NCBI GenBank assembly: GCA_964016885.1
Contig: OZ024741.1
Span: forward strand, 25,916,001-25,980,000
Origin: Eledone cirrhosa
Taxonomy: Eukaryota
DNA length: 64,000 nt
Direction of reading: 5' to 3'
The notes beneath the pieces were generated by a model. It was not told where the DNA came from. It was given only the letters and a program-made list of their open reading frames with translations, and made no database searches. Positions 43,646 to 57,936 of this stretch are shown in pieces. Made by a program: the position numbers and the translations under genes. Numbering within the stretch: the stretch's first letter is position 1; every line of letters starts with the position of its first letter.

Positions 43646-45093
43646 TCAGTAAGGTCATGGAGCGAGTCGTCAGAAAGAAACTAATCACTTTCCTCGAAGA
43701 AAATGACCGCCTGACTAGCACGCAACATGGCTTCCGCCCAGGAAGAATCTGCCTTACACAGCTGATACATCACTACGACTGGGTACTGAGACAACTACTA
43801 GACAGCTCACATGTAGACGTGATATATCTTGACTTTGCGAAGGCCTTTGACAAGGTCGACCACGGAATGATATGTCACAAACTACACGGACTCGGCATAA
43901 CTGGAAAAGTGGGTGAGTGGCTGCATGGCTTCCTAAGGGACAGAAGCCAGGCAGTCGCAGCAAATGGGGCCCTCTCGAGGGAAACACCGATAACAAGTGG
44001 GGTGCCCCAGGGGACAGTCCTGGGACCACTACTGTTTTTGGTGGCTCTCTCGGACATGCCCTCTGTGGTGCATGCAACAACATCCCTCACTAGTTATGCT
44101 GATGACACTAAGGTAGCACAGGCAATGAAAAACCCGGCTGACGCTGCCCTCTTACAGCAGGATCTGGATGCCATATACAAATGGGCGGAAGAAAACAACA
44201 TGCAGTTTAATGCTGGCAAATTCCAAGCCCTACAATACAAACCTGCAAACACAAACACAAATATAGCGGAACACAGCTACACAGGACCAGGAGGGACCAA
44301 TATCCCCGTGTCAAAATCGATACGAGACCTGGGCATAGACATGAGCGATGATGCATTTTTTCTTCACACATCATGAAGGTGGCGACAACATGTAGACGAT
44401 TCGCTGGCTGGATCTTGAGGACTTTCCTTACAAGAGATCGAGACACCATGTTGACACTGTGGAGGACTTTTGTCCTAAGCCGCCTGGACTACTGCTCCCA
44501 GCTGTGGTCACCCCATAGTGTCAAACTAACCACGGAGCTTGAGGCAATCCAGCGAAGCTACACCAAGAGGATTGCCAAGATGAGGGAGACAAGCTACTGG
44601 GAGAGGCTAAAGGAACTGAACCTCTACTCCTTGGAGCGAAGACGGAAGAGATACGCAGTGATCTACATGTGGAAAATCCTGGAGGGACTAGCACCAAACT
44701 TTGGCATTGGGAGCCGGACCAACCGTCGAACAGGACGTCACTGTGTGGTGCCAAAGGTCCCGTCTTCCACATCTAGAATAAGGAGCAGGTATTGCAATAG
44801 CCTGGGATTCAAGGGCCCTCAACTCTTCAACAGGCTGCCGAGGCATCTGCGAGACTTGCATGACGTGGAGGTGGATGTCTTTAAGAAACATCTCGACACC
44901 TTGTTATCCAGGATCCCGGATGAGCCCACAGCAAGACACGAGGGAAACCTAAGGGCAGCAGCAACAAACTCCCTCCTACCCCAGTGGCCAACCTATACAG
45001 GCTGGAGATAAAATGTGTAGCAACAAGGGCGGTGCCCCAGCATGGCCTCAGCCGGATGGCCGAAACAGGTAAAAGAGTAAAAGAGTAAAAGAG
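43646..45093 (+). mobile_element. 5'-truncated CR1-group LINE (family CR1-A): RT C-terminal half, one frameshift near 44360, (GTAAAAGA)n tail
   Basis: [67 protein letters not shown]. The 3' end is ggcggtgccccagcatggcc...gtaaaagagtaaaagag, followed by TA. Confidence 0.93.
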
Positions 45094-45129
45094 TATATAT
45101 ATATGTATATGTATATATATATATACATG

Positions 45130-45184
<55 letters not shown>

Positions 45185-45227
45185 GTACGTATATATATAT
45201 GTATGTATATATGTATATATATATATA

Positions 45228-48200
45228 TGTAGTATTAACTTGGATATTTACCATGCGACCCTCAGTTCCTACCTCACAATTTCCCTCCCCCCCACCCCCA
45301 CACACCACCATAGTCTATTCGACCAATCAAACCTAGCATGCCATTTCCACTGCTGCTGCTGCTACTACCTGCCTAACTAACTCTCTCCTCCTCTGGCGCA
45401 TCCCAACACACCCTGCCATTACCCCACCACCACTGTCCTTCTAGCCCTCAATTTTCCCACCGTTATGGATGGATGAGCTGGGAATACACGAGCAACTCTG
45501 AATCAATAGATGAAATATGAATCTGCGAGCTACCAAGCACCCACGTGAAGCGCCAACCCAGAGACCCTCCCCTACGAGTGTCGACAAATGCCCAAAACTC
45601 CGAGTTGGTACCATCAATGTAGGCTCAATGAAAGGAAGAGCAGGAGAAATCGTAGAAATGCTAGAGCGAAAGGAAGTTGATGTATGCTGTGTGCAAGAGA
45701 CTAGATGGAGAGGAGGGTCTGCTAGAGTCCTTGTAGGAAAAAGCCAGTGCTACAAATTTTTCTGGGTGGGAAATGACGATGGGATGGGTGGTGTAGGTAT
45801 ACTATTAGCTGACAAGTGGGTAGATAAAGTAATCTCAGTGTACAGGGTAAATGCAAGAATCATTAAACTCAGACTAGTCCTGAATAAGACAATTACCACA
45901 ATAATATCAGCTTACGCACCCCAATCGGGGCTGCCAGACGAATTAAGGATAGGTTTTACGAGTCCCTAATACACACTACTGCTCTAACAGACGACAAGGA
46001 CTTCCTAATCATTGCAGGAGATTTTAACGGACACGTAGGTAAACACTGCGACGGCTTCAATAGAGTACATGGAGGCCATGGAGTTGGCACAAGGAATGAG
46101 GAAGGATTCAGACTTCTAGAATTCTGCGACGCCAATGACATGTCGATATGTAACACAAACTTTAAAAAACCCGACAACCACCTGATCACCTATAGATCAG
46201 GGGAGCACTCTAGTCAGTTAGATTTTATCCTCATCAGAGGACGTGACAGATGGACGGTCGTAAACACAAAAGCCTTCCCTAGTGAGGAATGTACATCCCA
46301 ACATAGCTTAGTTGTCAGCGACCTCACGGTCAGAACTAGACGAGCCCTGAAACAGAGGCCAACCTGGAGAAGAAAGATCTGGAAGCTGAAAGTCCCCTCA
46401 ACCAGTAACAGATTTAAAGATATTTTACTCAACACCTACGACAGTAAAGAAGAACAGATAGAGACATTTAACGTAGAAGAGAACTGGGAGTTCCTAAAAA
46501 ATAACTTACTAGAGGCGACGGATGAGGTTTGTGGCTGGAGTAAGACCTCAAGCAGGAGGAGAGTGACTTGGTGGTGGAACAATAAGGTAGATGAAGCAGT
46601 CAAGGCCAAGAGACAGGCATGGAAAGAATGGAAGAACGGGGGGAGCAGGGTACATTACATAGAGACCAAGAGGGAAGCTAGGCGACAAGTATACTTAGCT
46701 AGGAGGGAAGCAGAGGATAGAAAATTCAAGCATGTTTTACAACGTGAGGACCAGAAACAGGAGGTATTCAAGATTGCGAGGCAGTGTGTCAGAGATAGTT
46801 GTGATGTCATTGGAGAGAAGTGTATCCGGAATGATAAAGGTGAGCTTGCCCTCACAAGTGCTGAGAAGAAAGATGCATGGAAGAGTCATTATGATAGATT
46901 ACTAAATGAGGAGAATGCATGGGAAGAAGAGACCCTACCCCACGTAGACCCTATAGAGGGACCAGCACTACAAGTCAGCGGCAGCGTAGTAAGTAAGGCA
47001 ATCAGAGATATGAAGATAGGGAAGGCAACCGGTCCATCGGGTATAGCTGCCGAGATGCTGAAGGCATCTGGGTCTGTAGGTCACACTATAACCACACGTA
47101 TCGTTAACCAGGTAATACTAGAGGGGGCCATACCAAAAGATTGGTGCAGTAGCATCATTGTCAACTGCTACAAAGGTAAAGGCGATGCACTAGATAGAGG
47201 AAACTATAGAGGTATAAAGTTGATGGACCAGGTCATGAAAGTAACAGAAAGAGTTATAGCACAGCTGATTAGGGACCGGGTGAATATAGACGAGATGCAA
47301 TTTGGGTTTGTACCAGGGAAAGGCACCACTGATGCGCTCTTCCTTGTGAGGCAATTACAGGAAAAGTACCTAGCTAAAAGTAAGCCACTCTACTTGGCAT
47401 TTGTCGACCTTGAGAAAGCCTTTGACAGAGTTCCACGTGCAGTAATCTGGTGGGCTCTTAGAAAACTAGGAGTAGATGAATGGCTTGTGAAAGCGGTACA
47501 AGCCATGTATAGGGGAGCAGTCAGCAAAGTTAGGATTGGCAATGAGTATAGCGAGGAATTTAACGTACAGGTTGGGGTCCACCAGGGCTCTGTTCTTAGC
47601 CCTCTCCTGTTCATCATAGTCCTGCAGGCAATAACGGAGGAGTTTAAGACCGGATGCCCATGGGAACTCCTGTATGCTGATGACCTCGCACTCATAGCTG
47701 AATCTATGGTAGAACTAGAGAATAAATTCCAAACCTGGAAGCAGGGACTAGAGAGAAAGGGCCTCAAAGTCAACATGACAAAGACTAAGGTCCTTATAAG
47801 TAGACGAGAAAACAGAACCCAGATCCCCTCAGGGAAATGGCCTTGCTCAGTATGTAGGAAAGGTGTAGGTAGGAACTCCATTCTTTGCCCCAAATGCAAA
47901 CAATGGGTACACAAGAGATGTAGCGGGATCTCAGGAAGCTTAATTAAGAATGTAGGATTCACATGCAGCAGCTGTGCTGAAACAGCAAGCAAACAGCCAC
48001 AGGAAACAAGTACCACCAATCTCTGGGAGGGCCCTGTAGAAACAGTAGACAGCTTCTGCTACCTAGGTGACCGAATTAGCAACGGAGGTGGGTGCTCAGA
48101 AAGTACAATAACTAGGGTAAGAACGGGATGGAAGAAGTTTAGGGAACTACTACCACTGCTAGCTGCAAAAGGCTTCTCCCTCAGAATGAAAGGCAGACTG

Positions 48201-48940
48201 TATGATGCGTGTATCCGAACAGCGATGTTGCATGGTAGTGAGACCTGGGTGCTGAAGGTGGAAGACTTACGTAGATTAGAGAGAAACGAAGCCTGCATGC
48301 TCCGATGGATGTGTAACAGTAATATACGTGAACGACAAAGCATAAATGAATTGAGAGAGAGACTGAGCATAAGAGGAATCAAATGCTGCGTGCAGGAGAG
48401 GCGGTTACGCTGGTATGGACATGTGATGCGTATGAAGGATGACAGCTGCATAAAAAGGTGCAGAGCACTAGAAGTTGATGGAAACCGCGGAGTGGGGAGA
48501 CCCAAGATGACTTGGGATGAGGTGATAAAAGCCGACCTTACCCAACTACACCTCTCAAAGTCAATGACACACGACCGTGACTTCTGGCGTCACGCAGTAA
48601 TACAGGGTACCCGACCTCCCATGGGTACATGCTGAAGCATATAAACAATATGCCCCCCCCCCCCCCACCGCAAGGTGGTCGTGGAGGTGCCACGGCAAAA
48701 AAGCACCCAGCCCACACTGTAAAGTGGACATGTAGGCGCCACGAAAAAGCACCCAGCACTCACTGTAAATGAGGTTGGTGTTAGGAAGGGCATCCAGCTG
48801 TAGAAATCAAGCCAGATCAGTTCCTGTATGAGCAAGGCATGGTCAGCCGACCAGACACTGCCCACAACAGGACAACCCGTCTAACCCATGCTAGCGTGGA
48901 AGAACGGACGTAAAACGGTGATGATGATGATGATGATGAT
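45228..48940 (+). mobile_element. Apparently full-length RTE-clade LINE (family A), TA-flanked, with (GAT)n tail
   Basis: 5' UTR, single APE-RT ORF and 3' UTR ending acccatgctagcgtggaagaacggacgtaaaacggtgatgatg. Confidence 0.95.
45517..48635 (+). CDS. RTE polyprotein: AP endonuclease + RT with internal PHD finger; one 1-bp frameshift at ~45943
   Basis: GTINVGSM, CVQETRW, SAYAPQ, (shifted frame) AGDFNGHVG, SQLDFIL, SQHSLV. RT: QFGF, FVDLEKAFDRV, GVHQGSVLSPLLF, YADD, FCYLG. Confidence 0.93.
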
Positions 48941-48943
48941 ATG

Positions 48944-48999
<56 letters not shown>

Positions 49000-49023
49000 T
49001 ATGTACGTATATATATATGTATG

Positions 49024-49093
<70 letters not shown>

Positions 49094-49135
49094 TGTATGT
49101 ATATATATATGTATATATATATATATATATGTATG

Positions 49136-49276
<141 letters not shown>

Positions 49277-49279
49277 GTG

Positions 49280-49312
<33 letters not shown>

Positions 49313-49320
49313 GTATATAT

Positions 49321-52300
49321 AACTTTGAATAACTTTGAAATGTTTTGGCCAGTATTGGCCCAGGCCATGTCTAACTTAATAGCACCACCTGGCGAAGTCT
49401 TTCAATTCAGGATTTGGGCACCATGGCCCATTCGAGAAGAGAATTACTGTTTGCGGAGACATATCCGGGTGTGGGTGGTTTGTCCGGGATTACTTGGAGG
49501 AATTTGTCCAAAGACTTCTTGAATTTTGTGTGGTCAGTTTCTGTTTTGACGTGTCCTGGTGTGATGTTGAAGAGAGCAGGGCCGATTGAGGTGAAATAAT
49601 TGTGCCGTATTGTTGTTATGAGTTGCGATTTAGATTTTTGAATGGGACGGATAGCACGGGGCCCAAGCCTTGGGTGTATCTTGAAGGCGATGCCAACATC
49701 ATTTGGGCAGTGATGATGGAACATTTTCCACATCATGCAGATAATATAACGCTCACGGCGACGTTGGAGTGAGTAAAGTTTCAGGTTTTCCAATCGACCC
49801 CAGTAGTCAAGGTCTGACATGCCATCTATCTTTTTCGTGATTGCCCTTTGAGGAGCTTCAAGTTTCATGATACTTTGTTTCGTGTGGGGAGACCACAGTG
49901 GACAACAGTATTCAAGGTGTGGTCGGGCGAAAGTAGAGAAGAGAAGGATAATGGTGCGGGAATCTCTCGACTGGAAGGTTCTGAGGATCCAGGAACACAT
50001 TCTGCGGGCCATGTCAACTTTGCTGCTTATATGCGTGGTCCAGCTTATGTTGCTGTCCACGGTTACTCCCAAGTCTCTGATGTTGTTAGATGCCACGAGA
50101 GTTTCCCCGGAGGGAAGGGAGTACGGGAGTTTCAGAGCATCCTCTTTTCCAAAGTGGATCAGTTCGAATTTGTCTTCGTTCAGTAACATGTTGTTCTTTT
50201 CTGCCCATTGGGTAACAGCCAGTAGGTCTGACTGAAGGCTTATCCGGTCATCCACGCCATTGATGACCTTTTGGAGCTTGGAATCATCAGCGAAAATTTT
50301 AATGTTGCTGTGTTTGATGATGTCAGTGATGTCATTAATATAGATGATGAAGAGAAGTGGGCCCAACACAGTGCCTTGTGGGACTCCACTACTGACTTTG
50401 GCTGGGCTTGATTTGACTCCCTCAACTACAACATGTTGGGTTCTGTTTGACAGGAAGCTCTTGATCCACTGCAGCAGCTTTCCAGTGACACCAATATTGG
50501 ATAGCTTTCTCAGTAGAATGTTATGATCAACCCTGTCAAAGGCCTTGCTGAAATCAAGGTAGATAACATCAGTGTTGGAACCCTCTCCCAAGGCTCTCAA
50601 AATGTCATCAAAGTGATGCAGTAGTTGCGTCAGGCAATCCCTTCCATTACGGAATCCATGCTGGTTGGAGTTCAGCATATTGTTACTCTCAAGGAAGTGG
50701 GTCATTCGCGATCTCACCACTCGCTCAAATACCTTAATGATATGAGAGGTGAGTGAGATTGGACGGTAATTCACGGCAAGGGATTTGTTTCCCTTTTTGA
50801 AAACTGGGACAACAGACTGGGATAGAAGGTTTTCTGGCACATATCCAGCATCCAGTGAGTTCCGCCACAGATTGGCAAGAGGAGAAGCAAGTTGGTGTTG
50901 ACACGCCTTCAAGACACAAGCAGGGAACCTATCGGGACCTACTGCTGAATTATGCTTGATTTCCTTTATTGCCGCCAAGACATCAGGGGCGCCAAACGTT
51001 ATGTCCGATAAGGTGTAATGGGGAGTAACATCGCCGATACAGCCCAGATCGGCCATATCAGGATTGCTGAAAACAGAGCAGTATTGTTTCTGCAGTATCT
51101 CACCCATGGTTTTAGCATTGTCTTGAAGAGTGCCATTTTCATCAATTAGAGGGCCAACAGTAGAGCCAGTGATTTTGTGTTTTTTTGCAAATGAAAAGAA
51201 CACTTTGGGATTGAGTTTGATCTTCTCAATGGCCCAGGCCTCTTCAGCTCTTCTCTGATTGTTGATGAGGGACATTATGTTGTTTTGGAGGTTATGTTTT
51301 TTAATCTCTAGTGATGAAATGGCAGTCAAGTTGATGTGTTGCTGCTGACAGTATTTCAGATTGTTGATTTTTTTGTTCGTTCTCTTAATTTTTCTGATGA
51401 GCGTTTTTCTATTTCTAGGGATTCTGCTCTTAGATTTGTTTATAGTTCTTAATGGGGTGTGTTTAGCACATATGTTTGTAACAGTGTCCACAAATGTCTG
51501 CCAGGACTTTTTGATGTTAGTGGGTGTATGAGTGTGCGTGAAGGACCAGTCGACATGTGCAAGATCATGACTGATCGCTTCCCAGTTTGCATTGTGGAAA
51601 TCCATAGCGTCAAACGGATGGGCAGGAGAAATGACATTGGGTTTGTATATTGGACGGTGGAATCTCAGATCACAGAGAACCATGTCATGATCAGAGAGTA
51701 GAGTTTTCTCCACTGCAATATTGTGGATATTGTCAGTGTGATTGCTGAAAATTAAGTCTAGGACGTTTTTGTGGCACCTCGTTGGTTCGAGCACTAGTTG
51801 GGATAGGAAGAAATCATCCATGAAGTCAAGAAGCGATTCCACAGCTTCCCTGTCAGAGGTTGAGGCAGAAGAACCTGGTGGCAGGGTGTTTGTGGACCAG
51901 TCAACTCCGGGGAGGTTGAAGTCCCCCATCATTAAGATGTTGTCAGGGTGACACTCTTGGATGAAACACTTTATGCTGTTGAGGCATTCCTTGAAGCATG
52001 GTACAGGCGTTTGGGGTGGCCTATAGAGCCCAACTACTAATAGGTTGTTGGTTTGACTGAATACAGTGACTGCTTCACAGTATCCATTAGTGAATATGTT
52101 CATAGCCTCTGTTGAGAAAGAATTATGGACATAAATGGCAGTTCCGCCCTTTCTTCTGCCAGCGCGATCAGCACGGATGGCTTTGAAATTTTTCACTTTC
52201 ACCTCGGCTTCCAAGTGGAGGTTACTGAGATGGGTTTCAGTGAGGACGAAGAAAGGGATGTGGTTTGGATGGACATCAATCCAGTCCTCCAGGAATTTGA

Positions 52301-52644
52301 TCTTCCATTTTTGAGTATTGGTGGAAGGGCTGATGCCTTGGGCGTTAAGCAAAAATGTAGAGGCGAGGGTGGATGGTTTTAATTGTTTTGGTGTGTTGTT
52401 AATTTGTTTGTTTGTTAATGGCAGCAATGGGAGTTTGTGCAGTGGGGTGATAGTGGAGGGTGGTGCTGGGTGATAGCTCGAATGTTTTTTTCCAGTTCTT
52501 TTGCCAGATTCATTATGGCTAAAAAAGAGGAAGAAGTTTCCTGTTTAGAAGACTGTTGGTGACTGTGGTAGTGGTTATTTTTATGTAGGTTATGGTTTTT
52601 GTTTTTGCTTTTATTTTTAATTTTATTTTCATTTATCCGACGGG

Positions 52645-52645
<1 letters not shown>
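49321..52645 (-). mobile_element. CR1-group LINE (family CR1-B), truncated within ORF1, ORF2 intact, TA-flanked
   Basis: ORF1 C-terminus at ~52645-52415, ORF2, and 3' UTR ggtggtgc...catggcc...ggccaaaacatttcaaagttattcaaagtt. Confidence 0.95.
49407..52544 (-). CDS. Intact CR1-group ORF2 (AP endonuclease + reverse transcriptase); frame open for 1045 sense codons, no AUG before the endonuclease domain
   Basis: LLNAQG, LTETHL, GLYRPP, MGDFNLP, LDLIF, SDHDMV. RT: [53 protein letters not shown]. The track's start at 52427 is a TTG. Confidence 0.95.
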   Translation of the reverse strand, partial: TGNFFLFFSHNESGKRTGKKHSSYHPAPPSTITPLHKLPLLPLTNKQINNTPKQLKPSTLASTFLLNAQGISPSTNTQKWKIKFLEDWIDVHPNHIPFFVLTETHLSNLHLEAEVKVKNFKAIRADRAGRRKGGTAIYVHNSFSTEAMNIFTNGYCEAVTVFSQTNNLLVVGLYRPPQTPVPCFKECLNSIKCFIQECHPDNILMMGDFNLPGVDWSTNTLPPGSSASTSDREAVESLLDFMDDFFLSQLVLEPTRCHKNVLDLIFSNHTDNIHNIAVEKTLLSDHDMVLCDLRFHRPIYKPNVISPAHPFDAMDFHNANWEAISHDLAHVDWSFTHTHTPTNIKKSWQTFVDTVTNICAKHTPLRTINKSKSRIPRNRKTLIRKIKRTNKKINNLKYCQQQHINLTAISSLEIKKHNLQNNIMSLINNQRRAEEAWAIEKIKLNPKVFFSFAKKHKITGSTVGPLIDENGTLQDNAKTMGEILQKQYCSVFSNPDMADLGCIGDVTPHYTLSDITFGAPDVLAAIKEIKHNSAVGPDRFPACVLKACQHQLASPLANLWRNSLDAGYVPENLLSQSVVPVFKKGNKSLAVNYRPISLTSHIIKVFERVVRSRMTHFLESNNMLNSNQHGFRNGRDCLTQLLHHFDDILRALGEGSNTDVIYLDFSKAFDRVDHNILLRKLSNIGVTGKLLQWIKSFLSNRTQHVVVEGVKSSPAKVSSGVPQGTVLGPLLFIIYINDITDIIKHSNIKIFADDSKLQKVINGVDDRISLQSDLLAVTQWAEKNNMLLNEDKFELIHFGKEDALKLPYSLPSGETLVASNNIRDLGVTVDSNISWTTHISSKVDMARRMCSWILRTFQSRDSRTIILLFSTFARPHLEYCCPLWSPHTKQSIMKLEAPQRAITKKIDGMSDLDYWGRLENLKLYSLQRRRERYIICMMWKMFHHHCPNDVGIAFKIHPRLGPRAIRPIQKSKSQLITTIRHNYFTSIGPALFNITPGHVKTETDHTKFKKSLDKFLQVIPDKPPTPGYVSANSNSLLEWAMVPKS

Positions 52646-53615
<970 letters not shown>

Positions 53616-56130
53616 TCATCATCATCATCATCATCAGGTTTAGCGTCCGTGTTCCACGCTTGCATGGGTTTGGACGGGGGTTTTCCCACTTGAGGCAAGA
53701 GTGGTTGTCTTGCTCGCATAGGACTGTCTGGCGGCTTTTCTACTGTTGGATGCCCTTCCTAACACCAACCACATTTACAGTGTGGGGCTGGGAGGTTTTT
53801 ACCGTGTTGCCTACACGGCCACATTACAGCGTGGACTGTCTGGCGGGTTTTCTACAGCTGGATGCCCTTCCTAACACCAACCACATTTACAGTGTGGGGT
53901 TGGGAGGTTTTTACCGTGTTGCCTACACGGCCACATTTACAGCGTGGACTGTTTTTTTTTTTGTCGTGACACCTACACGATCTCATTTGTTTCGGCCTGG
54001 ATGTTGTGGGACCAACATAACTTTACATTGAAAGGGGCGGTGTGGATGGGGTGGAGGTGGTGGGACGGGGGGGTGTTTTGATAGAGATGCCTACTGACTG
54101 GAGTAGGTTTTTACTTTGTATTTAGGTAAGGCGGGTCTTCTCTATTACTGAGTACCGCCAAAGGTCTCGGTCCAGTGACATTGTCTTGGAGAGGTGTAAG
54201 CGTGTGAGGTCGGAATTTATCAGCTCGTCCCCATGTTTTTCTTGGTCTGCCTACTCCATGGCTACCGTCTATCTTTATTGCCCTGCACTTTGTTATACAG
54301 CTGTCGTCTTTCATGCGCATCACGTGACCGTACCAACGTAGCCTTCTCTCGAGTAAACAACATCTGATCCCTCTTATTTCTAATTTTTTCCTTAGTTCGT
54401 TATGCTTTGCCGTTCATGTATATTACTATTGCACATCCAGCGGAGCATGCAAGCTTCGTTCCTCTCTAGTCTGCGTATATCCTCTGCACACAATGCCCAG
54501 GTCTCACTGCTATGCAGCATTGCTGTTCGTATGCAGGCATCGTATAACCTGCCTTTCATTTTTAGGGAGAACCCTCTAGCGGCTAATAGTGGTATAAGCT
54601 CTCTGAACTTTTTCCATCCAGTTCTGACTCTAGCTACTGTACTTTCAGAGCACCCTCCCCCACTGCTGATTTTGTCACCCAGGTAACGGAAGCTGTGCAC
54701 TATTTCTATAGAACCCTCTGCGCAGTTGAAGGAGCTAGTATTTTTGTGGGCACTTGTTGCTACTTATTGCACCAGAGCACCGGCCACATGTAAAATCTAT
54801 GTTCTTAGTTAGCTTACCTGTGATCCCACTACATCTTTTATGCACCCATACTTTGCATTTGGGACATAAAATGGAGTTTCTACCTACGCCTTTCCTACAC
54901 ACTGAGCATGGCCATTTCCCAGATGGGACTGCCGCCTTATTTTCTTTCCTACAAACTAGAACTTTAGTCTTAGCCAGGTTAATTTTAAGGCCTTTTGATT
55001 CTAGGCCGTGCTTCCATGTTTGGAATTTCTTCTCTAGTTCGGTCATTGATTCAGCTATGGGCGTTAGATCATCTGCGTATAGGAGTTCCCATGGGCAGCC
55101 GGTCTTGAACTCCTCTGTTATAGCCTGAAGGGCAATAATAAATAGTAGGGGGCTAAGAACAGAGCCCTGATGGACACCAACTTTTACGCTAAACTCTTCA
55201 CTATATTCGTTGTTAATTCTAACCTTACTGACTGTTTCTTTATACATGGCTTGTATAGCTCTCACAAGCCATTCGTCAACACCTAGTTTTCTAAGAGACC
55301 ACCAGATAATGAAACGGGGGACTCTGTCGAAGGCTTTCTCCAAGTCGACGAAAGCTAAGTATAGGGGTTTACTTTTAGCTAGGTACTTCTCCTGTAGTTG
55401 TCGTACAATGAAAAGAGCGTCTGTGGTACTTTTGCCTGACACAAATCCGAACTGCATTTCATCTAGATCAATTCTCTCTCTGATTAGTTGCGCTATTACT
55501 TTTTCCGTGACCTTCATGACCTGGTCGATTAATTTAATGCCTCTATAGTTACTCCTATCTAGGGCATCTTCTTTTCCCTTATAGCAGTTAACGATGATGC
55601 TGCTACGCCAGTCCTTCGGAACAACCCCATTCTGTACGACTTGGTTAACTATCCGGGTGACCATGGTGTGTCCCACCGAGCCAGATGCCTTTAGCATCTC
55701 AGCAACTATTTCCGAAGGAAGGACCAGCCGCCTTACCCGTCTTCATATCTTGATTCCTGCTTGTTCTCCTCATTTAGAAGCCTTTCGTAGTGACACTTCC
55801 AAGTTACCTTCTTATCAGCGTCGTGTGGAGCTACCATCTCCCAATATCGTTTCCTTCCTCATTGTGCAATTCTGCACATCCTGAACACTCACTTGGTCGT
55901 CACATTAGAACATGCTGATTTTCTTCTGCCTCTGCATCCCTTCGTTGAAGTACACTTGTCCTCCTAGATTACCCTTTCTGAATCCTCTGCATCTGCCTTC
56001 TTTGGTCGTCACATTGTAGAACATGCTTGACTTTCTTCCTCTGATTCCCTCTCTTGCGAAGACTTGTCTCCTAGTTCCCCTGGCCCATAGATAGTCTCTC
56101 TACTTCCCATCAGCTAGTTGCTTTTGGCCT
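53616..56130 (-). mobile_element. RTE family B copy (RT + PHD insert) with stops and frameshifts; the 5' part (55712-56130) is heavily garbled
   Basis: ORFs 54735-55697, 54392-54700 and 54111-54323. A 112-bp tandem duplication lies in the 3' UTR (53721 and 53833). Confidence 0.92.
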
Positions 56131-56159
56131 TAATAAATATATAATGTACATATGTATAA

Positions 56160-56420
56160 TTTCTGGTATGTTGGTAGGGTCATGTTGCCAATAAGAAACA
56201 CACGCACCAGTTGCTTTCACTTCAATTTAATTTATTAAATATTTATAAATTTACAAATTTATAAATTTCTGGTGGTTGGTTGGTTCCACAACCAGATTAG
56301 TTGTATATATATAGTCCTTAGTCTCTAACACTCTGACCTCTCAGTGACTGGGATTTCGTCTCTTGTCGTTTCTGTGTCTTCTATCCTACGCCATTTTGTT
56401 TTCAAATCAGAACGAAATAT
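56160..56420 (-). mobile_element. Degraded solo pLTR fragment of the same Penelope-like element
   Basis: agggtcatgttgccaataagaaacacacgcaccagttgctttcacttcaatttaa matches 34987-35040. The hammerhead region is damaged. Confidence 0.85.
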
Positions 56421-56650
56421 ATGTATATATATATATATGTATATATATTATGTATATGTATATATATATATGTATATATGTATATATATATATATGTATA
56501 TATATATATGTATATATATGTATATATATGTATATATATATGTATATGTATATATATATATGTATATATATGTATATATATGTATATATATATGTATATA
56601 TATATATATATATGTATATATATGTATATATATGTATATATATATATATG

Positions 56651-56699
<49 letters not shown>

Positions 56700-56712
56700 C
56701 TATATATATATG

Positions 56713-56747
<35 letters not shown>

Positions 56748-56772
56748 CTATATATATATGTATATATATATG

Positions 56773-56841
<69 letters not shown>

Positions 56842-56908
56842 GTATATATATATGTATATGTATATATGTGTATATATATATATATATATATGTATATGTA
56901 TATATGTG

Positions 56909-56939
<31 letters not shown>

Positions 56940-57026
56940 GTATATATGTATATATATATATATGTATATATGTATATATATATATATGTATATATATATG
57001 TATATATATATATATATATATATGTA
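56421..57026. repeat. (TA)n/(TATATG)n tract
   Basis: Direct reading. Confidence 0.97.
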
Positions 57027-57736
57027 TATCCTAAATGCAAAGTATGGGTGCATAAAAGATGTAGTGAATCACAGGTAAGCTAACTAAGAACATAGATTTT
57101 ACATGTGGCCGGTGTTCTGGTGCAATAAATAGCACCAAGTGCCCACAGAATACTAGCTCATTCCATTGCACAGATAGTTCTATAGAAATAGTGGACACTT
57201 TCCATTACCTGGGTGACAAAATCAGCAGTGGGGGAGGGTGCTCTGAAAGTACTGTAGCTAGAGTCAGAACTGGTTGGAAAAAGTTCAGAGAGCTTATACC
57301 ACTATTAGCTGCTAAAGGGTTCTCACTAAAAATGAAAGGCAGGTTGTACGATGCCTGCATACGAACAGCAATGCTGCATGGCAGTGAGACCTGGGCATTG
57401 TGTGCAGAGGATATACGCAGACTAGAGAGGAACGAAGCTTGCATGCTCCGCTGGATGTGTAACAGTAATATACGTGAACGGCAAAGCATAAACGAACTAA
57501 GGAAAAAATTAGAGATAAGAGGGATCAGATGTTGTTTACTCGAGAGAAGGCTACGTTGGTATGGACACGTGATGCGCATGAAAGTCGATAGCTGTATAAC
57601 AAAGTGCAGGGCAATAAAGATAGACGGTAGTCACGGAATAGGCAGACCTAGAAAAACCTGGGACGAGCTGATAAACTCCGACATCACACACTTACACCTC
57701 TCCAAGGCAATGTCACTGGACCGAGACCTTTGGCGG
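57027..57736 (+). mobile_element. 5'-truncated RTE family B copy, cut by the assembly gap
   Basis: [11 protein letters not shown]...FHYLGDKISSGGGC...RLRWYGHVMRM. Near-identical to 28690-29095. Confidence 0.92.
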
Positions 57737-57936
57737 NNNNNNNNNNNNNNNNNNNNNNNNNNNNNNNNNNNNNNNNNNNNNNNNNNNNNNNNNNNNNNNN
57801 NNNNNNNNNNNNNNNNNNNNNNNNNNNNNNNNNNNNNNNNNNNNNNNNNNNNNNNNNNNNNNNNNNNNNNNNNNNNNNNNNNNNNNNNNNNNNNNNNNNN
57901 NNNNNNNNNNNNNNNNNNNNNNNNNNNNNNNNNNNN
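57737..57936. other. Assembly gap (200 N)
   Basis: Run of N. Confidence 1.
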
